A DNA stretch of 63,823 bases, filler included, from Psammoneis japonica (Eukaryota), in assembly GCA_008632985.1 (NCBI GenBank). It is 3 parts of 3 records of this genome, joined end to end, with 100 filler letters (N's around TTAATTAATTAA, not from the genome) between each part and the next. Parts side by side here need not be neighbours in the genome. Positions count along the whole stretch, not along the records: positions 30,205 to 60,168 come from QPGO01000400.1; positions 60,269 to 63,823 come from QPGO01000495.1; 1 more part is not named here. One strand, written 5' to 3'. Shown in pieces: positions 52,201-63,200 of this stretch; within the stretch, counting starts at the first letter, position 1, and every line of letters starts with the position of its first letter. The translations under genes were made by a program, and so were the position numbers. The notes below the pieces were generated by a model. The model was not told where the DNA came from, made no database searches, and worked only from the letters and a program-made list of their open reading frames with translations.

Positions 52201-54346
52201 GAAGCATGGAAAACTGTCAGTTGTCCACAAGACAGAAAGTGTCTCGGACAGCTCAGAAAGGAAGGAAGACACAGACGACGAGTTGTCGCAGTCACCCTAC
52301 TATCATGAGAAAGAAAATCCCAAGGGCTCATTTCTGAAAATAGGAACACAAATAAGGTTCAAAAGTGGCAGCTCTTTTTGGAAAGAACGCAAAGCCACAA
52401 TTGCCGGATTCCACAGAAACACGGTGGTGACCTCTGAAGGCGACTGGCTGCAATTCAAGAGTGAAAAGGAGGAAGATGAAACCATTGAAGAGTGGGAAAA
52501 AAATTGATGTGTATGATCCAGTAATTGCCTTGGAGCCACCGCCAGGTGACCAACCCATTTACATGTCATTGCGGCTGTGGCATGTGTGCATTGACAAGGA
52601 CTTGCAAGAGTGGTTGCGGGAGGCAAAGTCGAAGCGACCAACAATTTATGACCAGCTCATTGCCAAAATAATAAAGGAGTATGGCGAAGGCAGTGCCTGG
52701 GCCGTTGCCGGACCAACTGGTGTTGCAGCAAAACGTCAAACAATTGCCAAGATGAAGGACTTGGGAACCATGCCTGAACCCAAAACAGGACCTCCATGCA
52801 AGATATGGAAGCTGGATGGTGGCACACCAACCAGTGATTTGCTCCCAAACGACGATCATCAAAACCGCAGAAACAAGAGAGCACGCAGTGACAAACTCGC
52901 TAAAGATCGTCAAGAACGCGGTCACAAGAAAATGAAGGTGCGGTTTGAAAAAAGTCGCTCTCTTGTTCCCGGCTGTTTGGTCAGAATGAAGGTGGACAAA
53001 AGAGATCGCAACAAAGGCAACTACATCGGAATCATTGGCGTGGTGTATGAACAACATCCAGAGAGCATGTCGGTCAAGGTGGTGACAGAAGGTGGCATCA
53101 TATCCACTTACAACAAACCAAGAAACATTCAAGCAAGAGATTACAGCCCTTTGCAGAACCAGCATGTGCCGGTGGCCGAAGCACTTGACAAGTGGCGACA
53201 ACAAGTCAGGGACGGCACGTTCGATGAATCATCTTGTCCAAAGATAAGTTTGAAGAAGGCCCACAAGAATAGCACAGGAGACCAACCCAACAACATCGAT
53301 CAAAAATAGTTTTGTCTGTCATCACGTGTTGCTTTTCATTGCGAGGTAAACCCCCTCAACAACTTTTCAACTTTTTTCATCATTTTAACTTTAGCATGAC
53401 GTTGTCATAAGACTGAATGGAAAGTTTCTACATGAATAATTAAAAAATTTGGTCATTAAATCAATCGTCGAATGATTATACCCACCGCACTGCTAGAGAC
53501 AATTAGTGCAGTCATGGTTTGCACAGACAAAAGACTCTATAAATCGGTCATTCAATGACCGATTTGCCTAGAACCCTAAATAAACCATGTTTTTTATTTA
53601 AGTTCTTGGCAAATCGGTCACAGTCATTGGAGCAAAAATGAGGAAATAAACGTTAATTAGCCGTTATTCTGGTCATTTACATGAGACAAACAACAACGAC
53701 CTGAGGAAAAAATGGTGCTGCTGCATCCGTCGCGCCGCCACCATGAAAATGGGTCCATGCGTCACGACACCAAACAACAGGTGTTGTCCCTCCACCGGTG
53801 GATTCCCCCCTTCCTCCTTCGATGGCACATGTGCTGGTGAAGGCTGTTCTTCTGGTGGCATGTCAATCGCTCGAAGTGTGAATGGTCGGTTGGTGCCACG
53901 TCGACATGCGGTAATATAAAACAACAGGTCAATGGGCGGTGCGTACAATGTGTACACAGTCTTACCTGCATGTAGAAAATATACTGAAATGCTCTGTAGG
54001 AAATTTTCTACTTTTTTCATCATTTTAACTTTTGCATGACGTCATCGTAAGACTTTGCATGTGTTCCAAAATTTTGAATTGAAAATTTCGAATCAAATTA
54101 ACAAACAACGGTCATTTAATAAATCATTATATATTAGTTTGGTGACTGTATGTTGAACATTTTCGGATTCTTAAGAAAAAAAATATGATATTTTTAAGAA
54201 TACAAACGGCATTCTTAATAATCCGTGCCGTTGATTCTTGTTAAAAGAGCAGGACGAGCTAGAATTTATCACTCAACGGAAATCCGATTCTCGAGAATCG
54301 GAATTCGGATTCTTAAGAATGGGAATTCACGACTTTCGTCGTGACA
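49207..54346 (+). mobile_element. Ginger-type integrase DNA transposon (TGT...ACA ends, 4-bp TSD GTTC)
   Basis: TIRs TGTTACGACGA / TGTCACGACGA; GTTC at 49203-49206 and 54347-54350; palindromic GATTCTYRAGAATC subterminal repeats at both ends. Confidence 0.9.
49499..53309 (+). CDS. Integrase-type transposase (H2C2 + rve DDE) fused to Ulp1/C48 protease, RING finger and an SH3-like C-terminus; one frameshift at ~52500; probably 5'-truncated
   Basis: HHQTDGH...CPTC, FQMDLVD, HTDNGKEF, QGSVERSN, SHFAVL..QTDTHSCG and CGLC..HCC..HLHC..CPCC. ORF 52461-53309 (GCLVRMKVDKRDR..IIGVV) joins if one A is removed from a homopolymer. Confidence 0.85.
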
Positions 54347-57029
54347 GTTCTACGCGCGAGTGGCATTAGCTTCGACTTGTACGACTAAAATCTAAATAAA
54401 TAATCTGGAGCTCGACCGACCTCGAATATTTTTTAAATTCCTTGCTTTCATGCATGAAACGCTATTTTACGGAATCCCATTTAATGACACAGAGCTGCAA
54501 GTTTCAAGATGTTATTCCAACATCAAAACTGCTGTGGCATTTGGAGCACCTTCCATAGCCCTTCACTTTACTCGTTTGAGTGACCGTTCCTTAGACGTGC
54601 TCCAAATGGCAAGCTTATTTTGACTACAAAGTAGCAGCTTTAAATTGGTGTTCCGTTTTCTGTGTAGAGCGTACGCATTTTTCTCGTATATGACGTCACA
54701 TTGAGAACACTCGATCACAAAATATATTTTGTGAACTCAACTGGATTGACGATGATCGATGATCGTCTTATGCCTTTCCACTGGCTGTTTTTAAATGCTT
54801 CTGATGTAGATCAATCGCCCATGAGTTGCACTGTAGTCTTATGACTAAAGAATATTTTTATAAAGTTGCTTTTTATGCAGCTCTCAGCTCGCAAACGGAG
54901 AGCGTTCCGACATCTTTGCTGCTGACCTGCAGCACCATTGACCGTCATGCACTCTTCCTACTTTACTAAGAACAAGCCATTATGTTGTCAATGGGTCAAT
55001 CTAATTTTCTTTTTACATTATGACATATTCTACATTTGCTCTAAATGTGAGCTGTCTATAAGGTAGAAGACATCTAAATCCACGAGACAAACAAGTAGAG
55101 TCGGATGTTTTATGTCAACTTTCGGTGGAGACCACGTTGGTAGCGAGTGCAGCTTGCTTGTTCGAGTCGCCAACAGGGAAGATGGACAATCGGCGACACA
55201 TTACATTCCTTTGGTGTCAATTGCAAATGGATTCGAGTGTCGATACAACATGGCGGTCGACGGTCACGTGTTTGCTGATCTCCGATGCAAAGACAGGTTT
55301 CTCCAAAAGCTTCATGGCCTCAGGGAACCGTGCCCCGGACGATTGATGATACCCTGGTAAATCAAGTGAAAGAGTAGCAAAATGCTGTTCAGTTGGGCGT
55401 TTGTAATAAAAATGCGAGGTTAATACCAACAAACAACTCGCATCTGCTTTGGATTTTTACCTTGTGTTGATGTTATCGATTTTCTGGATTGTGGCTAGAG
55501 AATACGTAATTTCAAAGGAGCACATGAATTAAGAAGAGGGTGACGAGTAACATTCCATAGGTTTGACGACAATTGAAGTGCTTTCAGTGGCGCAATAGCT
55601 GCGAACCTCGACCGCCGCCATTGCCGAAGATTGGAGAAAATGGTTGATGTCGGCATGATTTTTGTGTACCAGACACACACGTACATTTCTACGCTGGTAC
55701 AAAAAATTATTTCTACGAAGCTAATGCCGCTTTGAACCACTGTGATGGGAGCTCGTACCAGTAGTACTGATGTGTGACACAATTATTTTTTATCATCCGT
55801 CGTATGTTTCGCACGTACATTTCTACGTTTGACATTGCAAAAAATTGTTCCAGACTTGCTGTTTTGTGAAACCACAGACGTTTTATTTAATGATGTTATA
55901 GGAACATTAATAGGCCAGGTGCATTCTTCAATGTCTGAAGAATGTACCAGGCTAAGTAGATAATGATGTACTTCGATTGACGAGCTTTGCATTCGCAAAA
56001 TTGCCTCATTTTCTGTTGGCGATCATTGATATATATTAATTACCTAATAATTTTAGTATGGAGCTCGCACGTAGATTTCTACGGGCCCAATGTCACACGG
56101 ATCCCCACCTACGTCTGGAACGCGTTGGCAGAAGATCATGACTCTACAGAATTTTGACCCGTTGGCTCATACTATGGCCACAATTCTGCGAGTGGATCGA
56201 GCAGGTCGAGTCTACCGAAGGTAACCAGGACCAACATACTAAGGTTCCACGTAAGCAGTGCCGTAGAACGGACAATCCTGAGTCGTTGATCATTAATCAG
56301 AAGAACACCCAGAAGTCGTGTATGCTCCACTAACTGTGGACATCATACTGACAATTGCCGTGCACTCAAGCACCACGTGAAACGTGTCAAGACTAACCAT
56401 GCCAATGGTGAAGACAGCAAAAGCCTAATCAAAAAGCCAAACCTGAAGAAGACATTTGTGCTATCATTGGCACGAAGGTAGACAAATACTTTGCCAACGC
56501 TCAGAAAAAGCGCAAGGCACGCGAGGAAGAGCTTAATCACTTCCGCGACCTCAACTTAAGCAATTCCCACAATTCGGACACCTGAGAAAGGGGCCGACAC
56601 AATGCTGGTGGTTTTAATGCATTAGATGAATGTACAAATGAACAACTAACATGCCATTGTACACGTGTTGTAGACCAATCCCGTAAACGAGTTAAAAAGG
56701 CTCACCTCACATCAATCTTGTTTGCAGCTATGAATGCCAAGCATGGCAAAGGCAAGACTCAGACTATTAAGGTGCCACCAGACAGTGGCGCCAGCAGTGC
56801 TCTACTAGATAAGTGACACTGCAAGCGTTTGCAAAGCCGTTCAACAGCTGAGACAAACTGGACAACGGTGGCAGGCTCGTTCAGTACAGTCAGCGATTGT
56901 ACCATTAAATTTAAGTTGCCAGAACTATCCGAGACTGCGGAACTTATACATGCCGTCCACGAACACAACGGAAAGTTGGGCAAGTACGATGTGATTATTG
57001 GATGAGACATTCTGGAGACACAATGAATG

Positions 57030-60000
57030 AGATAGGCACATGTACTCTACGACCGAGTGTGCCCTCTCTGACGTGTGCAACTCGCAGAATACTGTTGAAA
57101 AGAGAAAGAGCTTATTTACGTGCACGTGCAAAAATTTTATTAGAAATCAATCGGAACCTCAGCGTAATTATACTTGTGAAATTGGCGATTCGGAGCAGCA
57201 TTTGTTTGAACTCGAAGCTCGTGTTACTATGCTTGAACTTGTCATTGTTTGGTTATTGATTGTTCTCGTTGTGTGGATCAATTGGGAACGTATTGTTTCA
57301 TTTGTTGTGTGGATTATTGATTCTTTGATCACTGAAATTGTTCATCATCATGTATCAAGAAGCCTTGGAGAAAGTGTGCATTGAGTATAAAACCAAATTT
57401 TTGGATTCTGAATTGCAGGAAGTGAAGCTTACTCAAACTTTTGATGATGGAACTAAACTATCAAAGATGTATTATGACACCGGAACGGAACTCTTTGATG
57501 CCTTTGAGGATTGCTTACAAGGTACTGCAGAGGCAAAATGGCAGAATATCACGGCAGGCATCCCACAGAATCAAAGGATGGTAGCTCGGTTCAATCAAGC
57601 CATTACGGATTACCATCTATGCTATGTGAAGCCGACAGCTCGTGATACGATGAAGATGTGCTTGCCTACTTGCAAGAAACCTTACTCCGCGGAATCTGCA
57701 ATGCATGTTGATCGTATGGAAACTTTATTTCGCTATACTAACCGTTTGCCCGGAACCGTCCCTGAACTCAAAGAGCAGGAACAGAAAAATATTATCTTCT
57801 ACACCTTTCCTTTGACATGGCAGCAGTCCTATGTTTGTGCGGGCAAGAATCTTGTTACGGATTCAATGGTGGATATTCAAGCCTACATGAGTAACAAGAA
57901 GGTGTTTGCCGATGGTCAAGATAACAAGAAACGCAAGTCCAATAATGGCAATGGAGGGAATTCCAGTAACAAAAAGGGGGGCAACCGTGACAAGAAGGAT
58001 GGCAAGGGTCAACCCAAGGCTGGTGATCCATGTCCGGTCCCGTGGCATCATGGAAGACATACATGGGGCCAGTGTTGTGATATATCCAAAGAATCCTAAC
58101 TGTCGTGGACCTCAAAACCGCGGCAGTCGAGGTGGAGGTCGTGGCGGTGGAGGTCGAGGCGGAGGTCGCATCCAAGGAGGCCGTGGTCCTGGCCGTGGTG
58201 GAGGTGGATGCTTTGGTGGTCGTGGCAACCAAAACCAAGGAGGTCGCGGTACCCATTATAATAACAACAACAACAACAACAATGGGAATCAAAATAACAA
58301 TGGCAACCAAGGTGGTGGTGGCCAACATTATTACAACGATAACAATCGTGGTGGCCAAGGTCAGGCCGACAGCCATGCTGCTCAAGCAGATAATGTGAAT
58401 GACAACCAGGCTCGAGAAGCTCCTCGTGGTGAGATGCACCATTTCGATATGATCGGGCGAGGCCCTCCACATTCCGGAGGTGTGGTGAGGTTTCAGCCAG
58501 ATGGGCAGTTTCCTCAGCAGTTCTGAGAAGAAGGAGCTGAGTGCTCCAGAGCTGAATGCTCCCAATTGCCTACATGTGAAGTATTTGTTGAAGATGATTG
58601 TACCATGCCTGAAAATTTGCCTGAAAGTTTTGCCTTTGATTGTTTTGAAAATCCTAATGAATTATTGCCTGTTGAATTTGAAGATACTACAGAAAGTTAC
58701 ATGAATGAAGAGGGGGACGTATTCGATCAAGATGCATTTGAATATAACATTCCTCTCCCCAAAATGGGTTTGCAAGTTTCGCGTACCGCATTGGTCCCAT
58801 CAACTCTGTTAGTTGCCAAATCGATCCAGCCTCATGAGTCGAATCGTGTGATGTGTGTACTATTTGATTCTGGTGGCTCTCACACTATGATCTCTTCTCA
58901 AGTTTTACCTCGTGGAGCTGTACCATCCATTGATGAGCAAGGAGTATGAGCTTTTCAAACCATTGCAGGTCCTTTTCAGTCAGGTTGTTGGGTGGCTCTG
59001 AGTGACATTGTACTACCCGAATTCAACAAGACCAGAAGAGTTGACGGTTGTGTGGCTCATGTGTTTAATGCTCCATGTGCGTACGACATTATTTTGGGTC
59101 GAGATTTCCTAGACAAAATTGGACTCCATTTGAATTATGACACAAGAACTCTATGTTGGTTGGACCGTATCATTCTGATGAAGGATCCTCGTCATTGGTC
59201 CAAGTCCTGCAACTGGCATGTTGCACTAGACCGAATGGACGAATTCGATGAAGATTACGAGGACGAATCGAACTACGGATATGACGATGGACATGATAGC
59301 CACTGTTGGATGCTAAGTATGAAGCAACGGATCCTGCAGAAGTGGTTCGCAACCTAGATCACCTGATGGAAGAGCAAAAGAAAAAGCTGTTAGCGGTGTT
59401 GGAAAAATGCTCAACCTTGTTTGACGGAACTTTGGGTCACTGTCCTCATGAAAAGGTACACCTGGAGGTGGAAGAAAATGCCACACCCTGTCACTCAAAA
59501 CCTTTTCCTGTCGCTCGTGTTAATGAGGAAGCGTTTAAAAAGGAACTGAAGCATTTAGTGGACCCAGGAGTTCTACGACCATGTGGACCTACGGAATGGG
59601 CAGCTGGCACTTTCATTACTCCGAAGAAGGACGGCCGAGTGCGATGGGCATCTGATTTCCGTGAACTGAATAAGGCACTCAAGCAAAAAGTGTATCCTTT
59701 GCCGGTCATCCAAGATGCACTACAGCGGAGAGCAGGGTGCAAGTTCTTCACCAAACTTGATCTTACCATGTTCTACTGCAACTTGGAATTGGACGACGAA
59801 AGCAAGGAGCTAGCGATGATTGCAACCCCGTACGGAAAGCTCCAATGCTGTCGCATGGCCATGGGATTGAAACCAGCTCCAGATGTTGCTCAGTCTATCA
59901 TTGAAAAGATTTTACATGGTTTGGATGTCGAAACTTATATTGACGACATTGGCGCCTTTGATGCTGACTTTGATTGCCATCTCTCTCGTCTTGACAAGGT

Positions 60001-60168
60001 GTTACATCGTCTAGAGAATGGATTGAAAGTGAACCCATTAAAATGCGAGTGGTGTGTCCAAGAGACGGATTTCCTAGGATATTGGCTCACTCCAACTGGT
60101 GTCAAACCGTGGAAGAAAAAGGTCGAAGCGATTCTACGAATGCAACCTCCACGACATGCCACGCAACT
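57030..60168 (+). mobile_element. Second Ty3/Gypsy element (gag with RGG/Asn-rich tail, protease, RT), cut by the gap
   Basis: Gag 57338-58526, protease VLFDSGGSHT, YDIILGRDFL, and RT motifs EWAAGTFITPKKDGRVRWASDFRELNK, TYIDD and TDFLGY. Confidence 0.9.
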
Positions 60169-60268
60169 NNNNNNNNNNNNNNNNNNNNNNNNNNNNNNNN
60201 NNNNNNNNNNNNTTAATTAATTAANNNNNNNNNNNNNNNNNNNNNNNNNNNNNNNNNNNNNNNNNNNN
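60169..60268. other. Assembly gap with an artificial TTAATTAATTAA linker
   Basis: N runs plus linker at 60213-60224. Confidence 0.95.
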
Positions 60269-63200
60269 CACCTCCCCCCAAGTCACGAGTCAACAACCGA
60301 GTCTGATTCACGGATGACGCTTCCGGTCATGGATCTCTTCTTCCGGAAGAAATGTCCGTTGAGTCTTCTAGCGATAGTAATCGGAGTGACACACACGACC
60401 GTTAGGTCATAATGTCATCTCCAATCCCTCGTGAGATCTTCTCACAATTCGTGTCTTTAGCGTATCTTATTGTCCCAAAACTGCTTCTTGTCATCCTCTG
60501 TTGTATTGTAAAACCTCAAGAGAGTCCTGAACTCTCCATCCTACACAGTGCATTGTTGTGTCCCAAGTGGTTACGACCCCAATCCACGCACCGGCATCAA
60601 CTCGCAACGGAGTTGCTGCCACTCGTTCGTCTCGTTACAGACGACATCCCATCCAACGGCGATCTTCTATGTCGCAATCCAACGGCGATCATCTGTGTCG
60701 CAATCCCTGCCTGCCAATCGATCCTCTATGTCGAATCATCCACAACCATGTCCATGGATCCTGATGCCGTCAAGATGTTTGCTGAGGCCTTCGCCAAGAT
60801 GCAAACCTCGACCAACCCTCCTGCGATCCCCACGCCGCTTCGCGGCAGTGTCCACCACTCTCATGGAGTGCATCTGGGTGGTTCGGCTCTGAACAACAAG
60901 TGCGAGCAGACCGACACCCGCACCTGCCGTTTTGCCTCGCAACGTCGCCATCCGAAAGCTGTCGACTCTATCGAGCGATCTCTCTGAGATCAACTCGCTT
61001 CGGCAACCACATCCAAGTTCAACGGCCAGATTGAGTTGTCCAACGGTTCCAGTGCTGAACTGGACAAAGACCACTTCGTCAAGACCATTCAGGACTTAAT
61101 CGAGTCGCATGGACAAGAAACTTTCTACCATCTCAAGAAAGTCGACGGCAAGGTCGTGTGCCTTTTTGATCATCTTCACGCCTTCACTGTCAAAGACCTT
61201 GAGAAGGAATGTGAGACCCGTGTGGCGGCTGCAGGTGACGAAGGCTACGATCAGTGTGAAATCGATGACATCGGCTTGTCACAACTCATCGTCAAGTCGC
61301 GCATCACCGAAACCTTCCGTGAAAAGATTGAAACCAAGTTTAATCACTTGAAGAACTACAAGGATCTTCCGGGGTCTGTCTTGTTTATGATGGCTCTGGA
61401 CACCTGCAACGCCAGTGCTCTGGTTGACGTCAAGGCCGCCAAGGAAAAGTTGAACGACTTAACTCTGGACACCCACCCTGGCGAGGACTGCACCGAGCTT
61501 GCAACCGAAGCTCTGCGCCTGCTCAAGATCATGCAGACGGACCATGCGTTGCCAGTTGAAACTGGGTCTGCCACTTTGTCTAAGGTGTCAAAGACATCCT
61601 CCGAGTTTTTCAATCGTCAAGTTTTTGCCAAGCTCGACTCCGTCAAGCGCTTGGAGCGCAAATGTCGCTTGCGTGACCCGGCAGAAGTCCCCAAGGATGC
61701 CGACTGTGCGGATCTTGGACCTGTTGGCCTCATTGGCTGGATCACCAAGACCCATGGCGAACTCATCAGCGATGAAGATTGGCCTGCCTTAGCAGCCAAG
61801 CTCCCGGAATCCAACCTCGCCAAGGACAACTTGGAAAAGCATTGCTGCGGCTGTGGCAAGGTTGGGCACACCAAACGCACGTGTCCCACCTGCAAGGAGC
61901 AATGCAAGAAGGACAAAAAGGGCACGGCAGACAAGTCCAAGGATGACCCTCCGGATGTCCGGAAGACCAACCCTTACAAGAAACCACCCAAGCCGGCCTG
62001 GCGTTTCGTTCACAAAGGTGCCACTGTCACCGATGAGAAAGGCACGACCTGGCACTGGTGCGACAAGTGTGTGAACAAGGAAGCGGGCAAGAAGGGCATG
62101 CATCAAGGCCACTCCTCCGCTCAACACACCGGGAAACCGTCTGTCAAAACCGAAACCACCGCTGCGGCAAATTTGTCTGCTGTGTCGGACCCCTCTTCGG
62201 GCATTCCTTTTGGTCCTCCCGAGCAGACGACGAATCCGCCTGCAGACGAACCCTCTGACCCTAACGAGCTGGTTTATTGTGGCATGTGGTGTGCACCTGT
62301 GGACGACTCTTTGAGTTCGACTCCAGTGACTACGACCGTCACGTTCACTCCTGCTCCATCGGCCGAGAGGGAGACCACCGTGGCCAAACCCGCTCCCATC
62401 TTGGTTGAAACGGTTGACCCCAAAGACGCTGACGATTGCTCCGAGCACTCCGACGCTCACTCTTCTTTTGACTCCCTACCGTCAGCTGTCGAGCTATTTC
62501 CGGCCTATGCCATGCATGAGATTCAAAATCCGGACGTGTTTTATGACACGATCGCAACTCACGTGGAAGGTCTGTCCGACGACGTGTTGGACGATCTCGT
62601 TTCCGGGACAAGCATCCTACCTTTCGAAGACAGCTACGAGCACTTACCTCCAAGCACCCAGCATCGCGGTTTCGAATTTTACGATCCCGAACCCCAAGAT
62701 GTTGATTGTGGCGTCGAGGAGGCAACGCCGAGCTCTCATCTTGAGCTCTTCTGGAACTTCTTGAAGCTCCGAGTTTTCTGGCTGTTTGCTGTGTTCTGGG
62801 AAATGGCACTGCACATTTGCTGTGCGCCGATTCCTGTCTTACCTCGTCGCACACGCCGTAAGGCATTCATCCCAACCATTCACGGTTTCCCCTCTACCTG
62901 GATGGTGCTGACTGGAGCCATCATGGTCTGGGCGTCTGTTTTCAACGGTCAGCTTCCCACGTATCCATTCTCCAATGTCCCCTCTCGCTTCTCCAAAGCC
63001 AGCTCTCAGGTCTACTCGATCATTGAAGAACTAGACGATAAGACAGTGTTAGATCCGGGCAGTTTGGTGGAGTGCAACAAGATCAAGGCGCGACAAGCGC
63101 TTACCGAATTTGTGGAGCGCGATCCGGACCATCATCTGAGCAAGAAATTCACGCAGCTCTGGGAGAACGACGTATGCTCTTCCCCAGGCCGCTGCATCCC

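Larger units (their letters stand above)
49191..55744. mobile_element. Non-autonomous Transib/RAG-like DNA transposon (~1.4 kb net) with RSS-like asymmetric TIRs and 5-bp TSD
   Basis: Both ends start CACAGTGGTTCA and share an internal GGCATTAGCTTCG. Flanks are GTGGG (49186-49190) and ATGGG (55745-55749). Confidence 0.8.
49169..56125. mobile_element. Unclassified MITE (~400 bp net) with 22-bp TIR and 6-bp TSD TGGCAG; hosts two further insertions
   Basis: Left end ATGCGTTCCAGGCCTAGGTGGG; right end (reverse complement) ACGCGTTCCAGACGTAGGTGGG; TGGCAG at 49163-49168 and 56126-56131. Confidence 0.85.
47650..57020 (+). mobile_element. Ty3/Gypsy element (possible LTR ending ...CA at 48078, then gag and protease) interrupted by nested insertions
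   Basis: Gag KLRNNPTDADSP..GQNITTGP..LLEGDALTTFN|NAT.. and YGVPNAWQ|KIMTLQNFDP rejoin once the insertions are removed. Protease DSGASS at ~56780 and YDVIIG at ~56985. Confidence 0.8.

Noticed and set aside
52490..52510. GGGAAAAAAA as a programmed -1 slippery site in the Ginger ORF
   Set aside because: The downstream ORF is in the +1 frame; one extra A in a homopolymer explains it.
55112..55360. 82-aa ORF as a RAG/Transib transposase remnant
   Set aside because: No recognisable RAG1/Transib motif by eye.
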